From Nymphaea colorata (taxonomy: Eukaryota): a stretch of DNA of 64,000 nucleotides. This document shows, piece after piece, positions 11,601 to 23,769 of this stretch (the stretch's first letter is position 1; each line of letters starts with the position of its first letter). Position numbers and translations under genes: made by a program. The stretch is taken from the NCBI RefSeq assembly GCF_008831285.2, contig NC_045138.2, forward strand, positions 29,016,001-29,080,000. Direction: 5' to 3'. The notes under the pieces were generated by a model. It searched no databases. It saw only the letters and a program-made list of their open reading frames with translations, and had not been told where the DNA came from.

Positions 11601-14600
11601 AGCGTACCCGTACCGGTCAGGTACGAGACCGGTGCTGGTACTGGTACTGTCTCAGGTGCCTCTTGGGTACTGGTCAAACAATACTGAATTCGGTCAACGT
11701 ACCCAGGACCGTATCCGTCCGATTAAGACTCGATCAAAGTTGACCGAGTCATTTCCTATCCAGAATTTAGGATTTCAGTTTTGTTCTTTACACCATTTAC
11801 ACTCAGGAAATACATACAAAGCTGCGTTTACATTTTTTTTTTCAATAGTTTCTTCTTTAAAAACTATAAATTTTGAATAATGAATGTGTTATTTTGTTTG
11901 AATTCTTATTTGAAAATAGTCTGAACCAGTACCCGTACCGGCACCTATACCCGTACCTATGTGACATAGGTAGGTTTGTACTCTGTCATATGGATGCCGG
12001 TATGGATGCCGACATGTGTGTTGGTATGGACACTGGTGCTAGTGCAGGGACAGTGTATATGTATGTATATACACGTCGATTCATTGCTGCCATGTGCTGA
12101 ATGTTGCCAGCTGGATAAAATTTGAAACTTTGTTGCTAATTAACAGTCAACTAGATTGTGATTAGCCAGGTTTATGGTGCGGCGATGTTTCTAGGTGGTT
12201 CTACTGATTATTTATGGTCTTTGTAGCGATGTGCCTTTTAGATTTTAGCTATTTGGCACATGGTGGCATTGAATTTTTCCATATATGTATATACAATATT
12301 TTAAGCAAATAAACACATAAGATTTGTTGTTTGTATTCATAGAAATATATGTTACTGAACAAAAAATACTAAATATATCAAAACGTATAAAACATACTAA
12401 AATATAGCAAAAAGTACAAAAGAAAAATTAAAACGGTTGTGTCCAAGCTGTGTCCCATACCTGGACCTATGTTGGGTTGCGTTGAGACTGGTACTTCTGC
12501 CTTCTGAAAGTGTCTGTGTGACTTAGGGAAAAAGGGACGATAGAACTATTTCTCCGTATCCTTCAATTCTTATATTTTTATTTGGAGGCTTTATACTGTT
12601 TCTGTGGCTACTAGGGACTTGGTCTTCCTGAAGTACAGATAAAATTTTATTAGTTGTCTCCTGGCCTTCCTTTCTCTTTCACCTTTTATCCCTTAAGTTC
12701 CTAGCTTGGAGTTGGTTGGTGCTGTTATGTGCTATGTCACATGAGTGTGGGGTGCGAGTGCGGGTGCCGGAGCAGCACATCTCAAAAAATTTAGGTGCGG
12801 CGAGGGTATTTTATTATTATTACTATTATTAATTTATTATATATATAACAGAATAAGCATGTATATATTGTAATAATAATAATTTAGTTATTAATGTATA
12901 TAACATACTTGCATAATTATTGCATATAGGAAAATATCATAACAACATATATTACATATAATAATTATATATAGTAATTTAGTAACATGACATACTAACA
13001 GTCTAACATAAAACATAAAAAATTGATAGAATCATAGAAGCATAAATTAAAAATTTGAAATTAAAACTTCAAAAGAACACACTAACCACAGCTGGTCGGC
13101 TGCATGATGCATATATAAAAAAGCTTATATTATATATTATAAGTTTATAACATAACAATATATCACCATATCAGTTGTAAAGTATATATGCACGGCTGCA
13201 TATGTACACGACTGACAATATATATTTGTTAGTTGAACTTTGAAACTTTTATAGTAGATTCAAGAACAACTGAACAAACATCTAAAATAAAATGCTAAAA
13301 TGTATACAACAATAATACCAAATAATGGTACACATTTAGACCGGATGCGGGTTGACCGCACCCGACTCGAGTTTGACGCAAGTCAGGTGCGTGTCAGAAA
13401 TGGACAAGTATAGTCTGGTGCGGCTGACCGCATCCGACTCACATTGACTGGGCTCGGGTGCGAGTTGGAGCCGCACCCATGTCCGGTGCGCACCCGACTC
13501 GACGCGACTTGAGTGCGGCAGTAAAATAGAAGAGTCCGTGTGACTTAGGGACTATGTCACATAAGTGCAGTTCCTGATGCACTATTTTTTGAAAAAAATG
13601 TAAAACATGGGTGTGGTTGCAGCAAGGATATATGCTTGTATGTAGCTTGTTTACGCAAGTGTAAAAGAAATATAACAAAAAGTATATGCATTTGATGAGA
13701 GCACAAAGTATAATAACATCAATGGACCCAAAGTACATCTGGTGCACCTGTAAACCATGTGCAGCAGCCTATCTGCAGCATTGATGCGACATAGCATAGT
13801 CCAAAGTTCTCCAAACAGCTTTTACTAAGAAGAGAATATTTTGCTTCTCAACAATTTTAACAGTTTCTTCCACTTTACCAGTCCGGTCTGTTACTTAGCA
13901 TATGACAACACCATGAAATACCCCAAATGTTATCAACCAGAGATATATGCATCCAGATCAAGAGTTGAACTGTTAACATGATAAAAAAACTTTTGAACCC
14001 ATGAACCATTCTACACGTCACATAAGTGTAGAATTGATTTCATAAGTACTTCAACTTCCAAAGTTATGGAATTTCATTGTTGTTTGTTTCTGTCTTTATT
14101 GGGAGGGGCAGCACATAGGTTGGTTGTCCAGGAGGGAAGGCATGGCTACTGGTTGGATAGCTAGTAACATTGTTTGCCAACACACACTAAGTCTGTACTA
14201 GGGCAGAATGATTTATTTATTATTAATAATGATTCTTCTTCTCGTTTTTTAATATGTTGGATTAGTTTGGAAAAATTTTGTCTGCTGGATGGTTGATTGA
14301 TATGGTGCCTGGTTGTGAGCATTTTGGCATCAATTGCTTCCATACTCGGTCCTATGTAATTTTAGTTGAAAGCATAACATGTTTGCAATGTAAAGTAGTG
14401 TTGGTGTTCTTATTTTCTTCTGTTATTTTAGTTTTTCGCTACTGATAAGCATATAATTCCTCTATTTAGATCTGGGATGCAACAGCTTCTGACCCGAAGT
14501 TGCTGGTGTACTTGAAATCATATCGCAATACTGTTCCTGTGCCAAGGCATTGGTGTCAAAAACGCAAATTCTTACAGGTGAGGGAGATTCCAAATTGCCA

Positions 14601-16390
14601 ATGCAGTGTAGATGTTTATATGCCTGAATGCTTGAGGGGTGCATATTACATTTTGAACAACAGGAGCATATAAGGGGGTGAGGGAGGATAGGGATCTATA
14701 AGCTTTCACCCTCTTATTTGTATATCTGGTTCTTGCAGGCGGACACTGATCACCAGCCATACAAACCATGGAGCCAGGAGTTATCATTGTTCACAAAGGG
14801 AGAACCTTGATGGTTTCTCTCTTGATAATAAATGTTAGGGTGGGTGTGGGTCTAGTGAGCGTGTATCATGCATTTTGACGAAATTTTCTTGTCACAGTGC
14901 TCATATCTGTTGATGGTTTTGCATTTGGGATAGTGAAATTTTGTCATGGAGCTTGGATTGAAACTTCCAGTTCTCCGCTACTCGACTGAATCAATTCTTT
15001 TTGCTATTGCAGAGGTTGTGGGCTGTCATCACCCTAAGATTCTCTTTGTAATGGGGCATGATGACTTGAATGGGCAATAACTACAGTTTATATCTGTTTC
15101 ACAGATTGAAATCTGATCCTCATCATTTGTTGATTATTTTGCAGGGAAAACGTGGTATTGAGAAACAACCGTTTCAGCTTCCTGATTTCATTGCTGCAAC
15201 TGGAATTGAAAAGTTAAGGCAGGTGGGTGGTCGAAATCAAACATGCAACTTTTTTATTTAAACCTACTTCAACCAACACCCCTTCTCTCTTCCCCACCCA
15301 CCCTCCTTTTTCTTTCCTTTTTTTTTGGGGAGGTTTGAGGTTTTATCTCATCAAACTCTTGTGCAGGCATATATCGAGAAGGAGGACAGCAAGAAATTGA
15401 AGCAGAAACAGAGGGAGCGCATGCAGCCCAAGATGGGCAAGATGGATATTGATTACCAGGTATTCATTTTTTTTGGCTGTATGTTAAATTTGTTGAGTAA
15501 ACTTTGGCCCTGTCAGTCTTGCATTTTCTTGACCATACTAACGCAGACTATCTGTCTGTCTGTTGCTATCTTATTTGTGGTTGGCACGGTTGATGCTAAA
15601 GATTTTTTTTTCTTCTTTATAGGTTCTTCATGATGCCTTCTTTAAATATCAGACAAAGCCAAAACTTACCACCCATGGAGATCTTTATTATGAAGGAAAA
15701 GAGTTCGAGGTGAGGCATTCATGCTTTGTTGTTGGTTCCCTGAAAGCTGCAGCAGTATGTTATTAAATTCCTGCCCTTCTTTTAGAACACGAAATGGATA
15801 CAACATTTTTTTTTGTCCCTCTCCTATTTTGGGGTTTAGTTTAAAGATAGGCAACCCTTTGCAATAGGAGTTAACGATAAAGACAGGTTATTGAGAACAG
15901 CATATATATATATATATACTCAGGTTGTTGTAGCCAAGGTTGGAAACTTTCTTTCTTGAGGAAATATTGGAAATTCAGAAAATTATGACAGAAAAAAGAT
16001 TAAGTGAATTTGAGTTTTTCTACTAATTTTTTTGCACAAACATTGTTAAAAAGTTAAAATGGTTGCTAAAATGCTAAAACAAACTTAAAAACTTTATTTT
16101 TCTAGAAAATGCAAGAGTATCACAATTAAACTAAAAAAAGTGTGATGTTTCATTTTTTTTTTTAAATTTTTCCTTATTTTCCATGTTTAGCATGATATTT
16201 TAAAAAATGATGATAAATCATGATCTCTGTTGCAACTATATATATGTACATACATATATATAGGAGGCTTGGATTTCTCAGTCTAGGTTTGGATGGAGAA
16301 ATCCTCTGGCCTCTCACAGCACACTGCCCCATGCAGTGCATTGAGCGGCCATGATTGGACTAGTGTCTAGATGGCCGGAGATTTCACCTC

Positions 16391-16448
<58 letters not shown>

Positions 16449-18834
16449 ACACACACACATATATAATTGCTCTTTCTAAATCTTGTCTTTATTGATTTAT
16501 GTTGTTATTGTTGTGTGTGCTTTTACAGGTAAAACTAAGAGAAATGAAGCCCGGTATTCTGTCCCAGGAACTGAAAGAAGCTCTGGGGATGCCTGAAGGT
16601 GCACCTCCTCCTTGGCTTATCAATATGCAGGTAATAACACTGTCTTTCTCACTAGTCCCTTGCATGCTTCTTGATGAATGCACTGTGACTTACCGATTAG
16701 GCTGTCTTTTCAGAGGTATGGCCCTCCACCATCTTATCCACACCTGAAGATTGCTGGACTCAATGCACCCATCCCACCAGGAGCCAGCTTTGGTTACCAC
16801 CCAGGAGGTTGGGGAAAGCCTCCTGTTGATCAGGTGAGCTTTGGTTTTCATGATCAACACTCCTTTTTTCTGCGTGTGTGTGTGAGAGAGAGAGAGAGAG
16901 AGATCCTATTCATGCAATACTGCAACATCTTGTTTGGCCTTTACATCAATTTTCTTTCCTATGTAGGATGGAGTTCCGTTATATGGAGATGTTTTTGGAG
17001 TCTATCAGCAAGATCAACCTAACTATGAGGTATCCACATTCATGATCTCCTTTGAAGAGTCGGCTCAAAATGTTGCTCAGATTATCGTTTCTTTCTCATG
17101 AGGCTTTAATGCAAGTTGTTCTGAATAATGCCTGGATGTCTGTTAGTTGATAAACTAGGGACTGGTCGGACCAGTTTGCTGCCTAATCGGGTTAGGCACT
17201 AGCGAGCCGGCCAGTCCATCCCCAAGTTGGCTTGACCCATTTGAGGGTTAGTTGGTTGGGTGGTCAACAACTGGTGATGAAGTGACTGGGTACTTCTGAA
17301 AGAGGAATGCCCTTTTAAATGTCAAATATGATTTTTGTTTTGTGTATATACAAATTTTTCAATTTTGTATGTTTGTATTTCTGTATATTATGTATTCTAT
17401 ACGTACTATGTTTCTATCTTTGTGTGTGTGTGTGTGTGTGTGTGGCTATACACACACACACACACACCATATTCTGTCTCTCTTTCTCTAGGATGTGAAG
17501 CTTCAAGTCTATGATTTTAGGTCTATATGTGTATTAATTTTATTTTAGTTGATCGATTTAGACCAACTCAACCAACTAGTTCCAGCTAGTTTTTTTAAGG
17601 TCTTGGCCGACCTGATTCCAATTTCTTATTTTTAACAACTAAGAGTGTCCTTAATGGTTGTAGGAAGAGCCTGTTGACAGAAGCAAACATTGGGGTGATT
17701 TGGAGGAGGAAGAAGAGGAGGAAGAGGAAGAGGAAGAGGAAATCGAAGAGGAAGAACTGGAGGCAGGCATTCAATCCGTGGACAGCCTTTCTAGGTGCAA
17801 TACTATTTTTCTGGTGCATCTTATATTGCCTGTTCTGTCTTTGTATTTATTGCTGAATTATATTCTCTGTTCAGCACACCAACTGGTGTGGAGACCCCTG
17901 ATGTCATTGATCTTCGGAAGCAACAGCGCAAGGAGCCTGAGAAGCCTTTGTATCAGGTCAGTACATTGGGCAGATTTTTTTGGCGTTTATTTTCGAGTGT
18001 TATAGTATATTTACCGTTATTTCTTTCTTTGTAAACAACAGGTTCTTGAGGAGAAAGAAGAAAGGATTGCTCCAGGAACCCTGCTTGGTACAACACATAC
18101 GTAAGTGCTCACCCTTTAATTTAAGGGAAAAAAAAAGTTAGCCAGTTTTCGTTCTATTTTTCTGTCTATTCTGATGTTGGAGTTGTAATTTGTGACATAC
18201 ATTTCTAATGCAGGTATGTGCTTGGTGCTGCAGACAAAAATGCTCCTAAAAGGGTAAAGTATTTGGTCCATTATATGACAATTTTTTTTGTTTTAACGGT
18301 GCCTTTCCATAATTGTAGTAGAAAAATTAAGTTCCAGAGGAAAGGCATTAGACCACTGGATCAGATAATTTTACAACTTTTGGCACTTAAATTCTCTGTT
18401 TCTGAATCTGTATGTTCCTCATGAGAGCAGGTTGATCTTCTACGAGGACAAAAGTCAGACAAAGTGGATGTCACCCTCAGACCCGAGGAACTGGAAGCTT
18501 TGGACGATGTTGCTTTGGCAGCCAAGTAAGATATGCATCTCCATTATTACGGCGTTGCTGGTGAAAACGTGATTTTGGATTATGTTAAGTGTTAACTATT
18601 ACTGTTGTCTCTGCAGATACGAGGAGGCAAGGGAAGAAGAGAAGCTGCGGAATCAAAGAGAGGATTTCAGCGACATGGTGGCAGAGGTGCGTTTCTGAAC
18701 AAACATAATATTAGGACATACTAGTTTTTGTTTTGGCTTCTGACGGTGTTTGGCTTCTGCAGGCTGAGAAGAAAAGAAAGCGGAAGATGCAGGAGAAGGA
18801 AGGGAAGTCGAAGAAGAAAGATTTCAAGTTCTAG
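8693..18834 (+). CDS. SF3B2: Splicing factor 3B subunit 2 (SF3b145/CUS1 homolog; DUF382 + PSP domains), 18 exons, ~580 aa
   Basis: Exons 8693-8923, 10016-10138, 10253-10378, 10476-10538, 14470-14577, 15145-15222, 15367-15459, 15623-15709, 16529-16630, 16714-16833, 16967-17029, 17664-17794, 17875-17956, 18042-18100, 18214-18253, 18431-18525, 18617-18686, 18763-18834. All introns are GT-AG and the frame is preserved (1743 nt). Motifs: RMKIAELKQICSRPDVVE, WDATASDPKLLVYLKSYRNTVPVPRHWCQKRKFLQGKRGIEK, MQPKMGKMDIDYQVLHDAFFKYQTKP, PPWLINMQRYGPPPSYP, poly-Glu, C-terminal KKDFKF. Confidence 0.96.
11572..11969. mobile_element. hAT-like MITE in SF3B2 intron 4 (copy 1)
   Basis: Imperfect TIRs CTTTGTCACATGGGTAC ... 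GTACCTATGTGACATAG. The 8-bp flanks TTAGGTTT / GTAGGTTT match 7/8, a TSD length typical of hAT. Subterminal GTACC(C/G) repeats. Confidence 0.75.
11981..12526. mobile_element. Related MITE in SF3B2 intron 4 (copy 2, degenerate)
   Basis: Ends CTCTGTCATATGGA ... TCTGTGTGACTTAG with an AT-rich core. No TSD recognised. Confidence 0.55.
12732..13548. mobile_element. Related MITE in SF3B2 intron 4 (copy 3)
   Basis: Ends CTATGTCACATGAG ... CCGTGTGACTTAG, GC-rich GGGTGC/GCACCC subterminal repeats, very AT-rich core. No TSD recognised. Confidence 0.7.
13552..13794. mobile_element. Related short MITE in SF3B2 intron 4 (copy 4)
   Basis: Ends CTATGTCACATAA ... TTGATGCGACATAG. Confidence 0.55.
16390..16463. 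repeat. Compound (CT)n(AT)n(CA)n microsatellite in SF3B2 intron 8
   Basis: Direct reading. Confidence 0.9.
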
Positions 18835-21226
18835 AAAGAGGGGAAATGCAGCATGGAATCATCTGGATATGGATGGTCCATGTCGAGCCTGGACTGGATC
18901 ATTGGCGACGGTAGCAGGTCTTTAAAATCAGATGCATATGGCTTTTTGGAGGTCGAGTTGTGTAAGCAAGGCGTATGTCAGTCGCATCCCCTCCACGGGT
19001 TACAGCCATTTATTGGCATGCTAATATTGTTTCCCATAATCTTGTTTTGCTGGCACCCTTTAGTACCGTAGCGTAATGACCATTTCTAGACGCTGTTCCA
19101 TGTACGAACGAATGAGGATGTGGAAAAGCTTTTACGCCTGGGACGTGCTGCCCAAATGTGGATTACGCCGCCATGGTTTTCATGATTGAGATTTGTAAGG
19201 CATGAATTGATCATTGGAATGAAATCTATGGTGCATTCGGCGTTGGTAGAATGCCGTTGCTATCTGGTTGAATCGGCTGATTTTTCTTTTCCCGCCCAGT
19301 GGGTGTATGCCATTTTATTGAGAGAAAAGCCGTTCAATTGAAAGGCAAGGATGAATATGTCTTCTTAACCGCCGCGACAATGAGAGAAAAGAAAAATAGT
19401 GGTGTTAGATTTGGTTTCGCTTGTTTAAACTTTTCACCTCAAGTCTTCCAACGTTCACTAATTCGTCCTTTCATTTCATCATAATTGCTAGGTACAGGTG
19501 ACATTCGTGTGGTGTTTGCATGGCTCTGATTGTGATGTGGATGATGGGATCACGAGAATTCACTGGGTGTCCAGTGAATCCATCGCAAGTTGCAATTCTC
19601 TTGATGGAATTTTCGAGGTCCGCGTATTTGGATCTCGTTCACCAAAACATCAAGCTTAATTACATCCTGCACCAAAGGGGCACCTTGCTTTTGAGACTGT
19701 CATTATCATGTGGGTTTTGCTGCTTGAATAGGACCTGGAATTCTTGTGGATATGGCTGTTTTCAAGAATTGTGTAGTAGGATGCCTGCTTCCACCCATTA
19801 ATGATTTTACCAGTTTTAGCTCGAAGATTCACATCAATAAGCGTGTGGTTGAAAACGCCAAAAGGAGTCGGCGCAGTGGCGCTGGTTGTGGCTGTCAGAC
19901 AGGCAATCTCGATTTGACCGCTGATGCCAAGGAGCTGTCTAGTTGAGTGTCTGGTGGCTGTTCTCAATAGGGTTTCAGGTTCGAGTTTTACTTCAAAATT
20001 GCTTAGCACTTCAAATTGGTGTGAAATGGAGTTCTCTAGATTCTCTACATGATGGCAGGGAGGCAGGTGTGAGTACAGTGTGGTTAATTGCCAGCACAGA
20101 CCAACAAAAATGTTTATTTTCATATTCGTACTTCTTGATAATTTTTCTCCTCTGGTACCAAATTTAAAATTTCATAATTAGCCAGAATTTTTTCGCTCCG
20201 GCGGATTGGAGGATGGGACATGATTGTCAAATGAATGTGCTCATACATAAAGCTGCTTTTAAAGACAGCCCGAGATCTAGAAAAATTAGAGAAACGGGAA
20301 TGGAAGCCTCTGACATTTGCAGGACAGCAGGAACAATTTGTTTCAGCAGTGGGGGAAATTGGCAGTAGCCAGACTTGCAGGACGCCAAAGAACTAACCTT
20401 CTTGTTGGTCTGGTTTTATGTTCTTGAAATTCATGGAATACATCGGAGCTTGTCGTGTAGAGGAATGCATTGCTCAATTGCTGACGGGATTTCGACAAAG
20501 AAATTGGCTGTTCTGTTTCTGATTCCAACTTGAATCTCCATGTGAATCGTCTGTATATCCAAGTTCTTTTATTAGTTCACACCGCATAGCTGATGGAAGT
20601 TGAAAGGCTGCCCTTGATCATTAACAGCAGTTACCAGAATAAAAGCAACAGGAAATTTTCTTGCCTGAGATTCCTTTTTCTCTTTTGATGGTTTCCCATG
20701 AGAAAACGAGTCACGTGTTTTCTAAAGCAAGAACAACTTTCCAACTTGAGAGAAAACGACCTACTCTTTCATTTTCGGGTGAGAGCTTGTACAGGTGAAT
20801 GAATATACGAACTCTAGTTTAAACGGTACCAGAGAAACTTATGATGGAAAACTATAAAGTACAAACTCCAAGCTCTCTCTCTCTCTCTCCTCTGACATTG
20901 AAGAAAAGGTCATGGTGGTCGCTTGCCAGAAGCTTCCTTGGTCTCCCAAGGATGTCTATTAAAATGCCGACTTTGGAATTCAAATTCAAATTAACGTGCT
21001 AAATGCTCTTTCACTCCTAAAGAAAAGGTTACACGAGGATCTTGGGGGACAAGGCATTACACTATCAACTTTGGTAGTTTTGCTTTATCCCTCCTCTATT
21101 TAAGTCCCAACCATCCGTGAGCCCATTACTCAATTCCACTTGCTTCCGAGAAGGAAGAAGAAAAAACTAAGGCGTCTTCTTTTCATTCTCCCTGCTGTTG
21201 CTCATACAGAGCAGCTTGCTGCTCCC

Positions 21227-22791
21227 ATGGATTCATTTGATTGCTCCCTCGAAATGGAGCCAAGGACCTTGAGATCTGTGCAATTGGATGTGGCAAGGGT
21301 GGGTGAGCCCTCTCTGTCTCTCTCTCTCTCTCTGCTTTATCAGTTTCTCTTCTTGTTTCCTCTAGTGAAGGAAACCACCGAGTTTTTAGGAACATGTTGG
21401 TCCTGCTAACTTGTAAGATGCGTTTTTGCCACTGTTTCTCGCTGTCCCTAAGTTTGAGCAATGTTGGTCATAAAATGTTCTGTATCACTAGATAAATTCA
21501 TGCTTGGCTAGGCTACTTCAAGATTAGTAATCCAACTGGCCGCATTAGTATGTTTCTTGTCTGTGTCTGTCATGGTTCAATCATATAAAATAGATATAAA
21601 TGATAAATCTAATGGAGCTCATTTGCGTGTCTTTAGTCATGTTCAATGACAAATTAAACAGCCGTTTTCGACATAATCATGTGACAGCAATTCAAGCTCC
21701 ACCTGTATATCTTTTTGTTGTACCTGATAATAATTGGTAGTTCGCGACGATATGTGTATGATTGGAAGATCAGCTGCGTTAATATATGAATTATTTGCTA
21801 AGGATGACCAATATATGAAATATAGCCTAAGAATTATGTCTCTTAATGGCAAAGTGCATGCATGATTTTATGATCTTGCGGGTGCTGAAAATTCTCCACT
21901 TGAGTTGTCAATGGAAGACTAACGCTGTTGATCGCCATGATTGGAACCATAGTGATATGCATTTTAGTGAGACATAAATTTAAAGAATCTCTATGGTCTT
22001 TTTGAGTTGGTGATTGCATGCCTCATAAACGGAAAGCCAAACGACTATTTTTCTTCTACCAGAGAATAACTTCTTCCTGAATGTAAAACCCATGCAGGAA
22101 CAAGCAGCAAACGTCCTCAAGAGGGAGACACCTGAAGACGCAACGAAAATCTTCACTAAGGTAGTCAAGCTTCGCCCAACTTGGGAGATTTTTAAACTGT
22201 TTGGTTTTAATTGCAAAAAGAAAACCAGTAGAGTATGAGTCCTTCGAAAAGGTGCTGAAACGATGAACGGAATCTTCTGTTACTTTTGCCTGAAACTCAC
22301 GTTCAAGGAAGAAAAGGTCTTACTCATCTCTCCCTCTACCTACTACACAATGACAGCTTCTTCTTGAAATGTTTGGTTGCCTGAGCCTCTGCCTACTCGG
22401 AGGGAGAGCAACCTTGGTCACTGATTCGCTCCATTTGTGGGATTCGAACTGTCCCTTCAACTTGGTGATGTTTCTTCTAGTGTCTGTCAAATGGGTTAAG
22501 TCCTTGCAATCTTGGGAATTCTGTCTAAGTCTCTTGGGTGATGACAAAACCGTACTCACAATATTCAAATCTGCTAGCACCAACCAACTGTTAAAACTCT
22601 TTATGGAAATTGGCGTGCAGGGAATGAAGCCAGTGGAGGACATGGGAAGGGAAGAAATGCTGGGACAATTGATCCAGAGCGTAGAAGGGAATACCAATGT
22701 ACCCTGCGAGTTGTATGCTTCGATTGGTGATGGTGGAGAAGGAATCCTTGAGAAAATCCACATTGAAGAACCCCTTACTGCTCCGTTCTGA
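21227..22791 (+). CDS. Small uncharacterised plant protein, 3 exons, 101 aa (EPRTL...AR-E.A...IFT.G.KPV...APF pattern)
   Basis: Exons 21227-21298 (MDSFDCSLEMEPRTLRSVQLDVAR), 22098-22160 (EQAANVLKRETPEDATKIFTK) and 22621-22791 (GMKPV...EEPLTAPF*). Both introns are phase-0 GT..CAG. TATA-like TATTTAA at 21097-21103. From memory it resembles a conserved angiosperm family of unknown function ending in (S/T)APF; not checked by search. Confidence 0.8.
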
Positions 22792-23226
22792 GATTCCCCT
22801 ACCTTCGAAGATTTGTGAAGTCTAGACGACACGGTAGATGTAAAGCTCCTGTTCATAGCATGAGATTTGCTTACAGTTTAGATGTCAGAATTGGTACATG
22901 TAAGAGTTTGTGTTGCCACAGTATAAAGGTTTTAGTCTTTCAGATTGAATGATGAGCAACGTAGGTCCGGAATTTTGTTTCCCTATCGGAAGTATAATCA
23001 GTATGCTAAGTATTCTAGTCGTGAAATAAGCACCTCCCTCTGTTATGCACCAATTTTTCTTCTGTATTGCAATGATGAGACTTAAAAATCTGTTCTTCTT
23101 TTGGAGAAAGTCATGCATGTTTTTGTTTGGTTTGAAAATAAAAAACATAAGGTCCTTTGTTGGACCATCCAACGATTTGGTTGGCACCTAAGACTTTTGC
23201 AAATGAAGTTATATTTTCACTGTATC

Positions 23227-23334
23227 AAAAGCTTCAATTTCGTTGCACAGGGAAGGTGACTGAACTTAATACTATATAAAAGCTTCAATTTCGTTGCACA
23301 GCGAAGATCACTGAACTTAATATTATATAAAAGC
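23227..23334. repeat. Tandem duplication, 51-bp unit x2
   Basis: AAAAGCTTCAATTTCGTTGCACAG.GAAG...ACTGAACTTAATA.TATAT starts at 23227 and 23278. Confidence 0.9.
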
Positions 23335-23769
23335 ATACTAAAAACATCTACATGGCTAGTTCAGGCTTTCATGCATAGAAATATAGCCGCTATATTTAAT
23401 TTGTAAAGATGAACAAGATAAGACACCAATGACTTTCAGTGTATAAAAATTTGGTACTTTACGCAATCCTGATTTTATTAAGAATAAAAATCATTGGATA
23501 GAGCATAATTTTGACAAAGATAACCTGTTACCGTCTGATCTCGTGCGTTTATTTTAGCCAAACTAAATTATAACAACAGCAATTTCAACAATCTAAATTG
23601 TTTTTCTTGTTCTATTTTTCAAGCAAAAGTTTATTGTAGAACATTCAATATTGAAGATAGCGATGAACTTAGTCTTCAATGTGCTTGCATTCGTATAATC
23701 AGCATTTTGTTTTCCATATAAGACATATGAATGTAAAGCCCCTAGTTATCGATGTCGACATGCTGGCTA

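Noticed and set aside
19520..20540. 155-aa minus-strand ORF and neighbours between SF3B2 and the small gene, plus a small hairpin at ~19558-19579
   Set aside because: No recognisable protein or exon chain; the ~9-bp stem is too short for a miRNA precursor.
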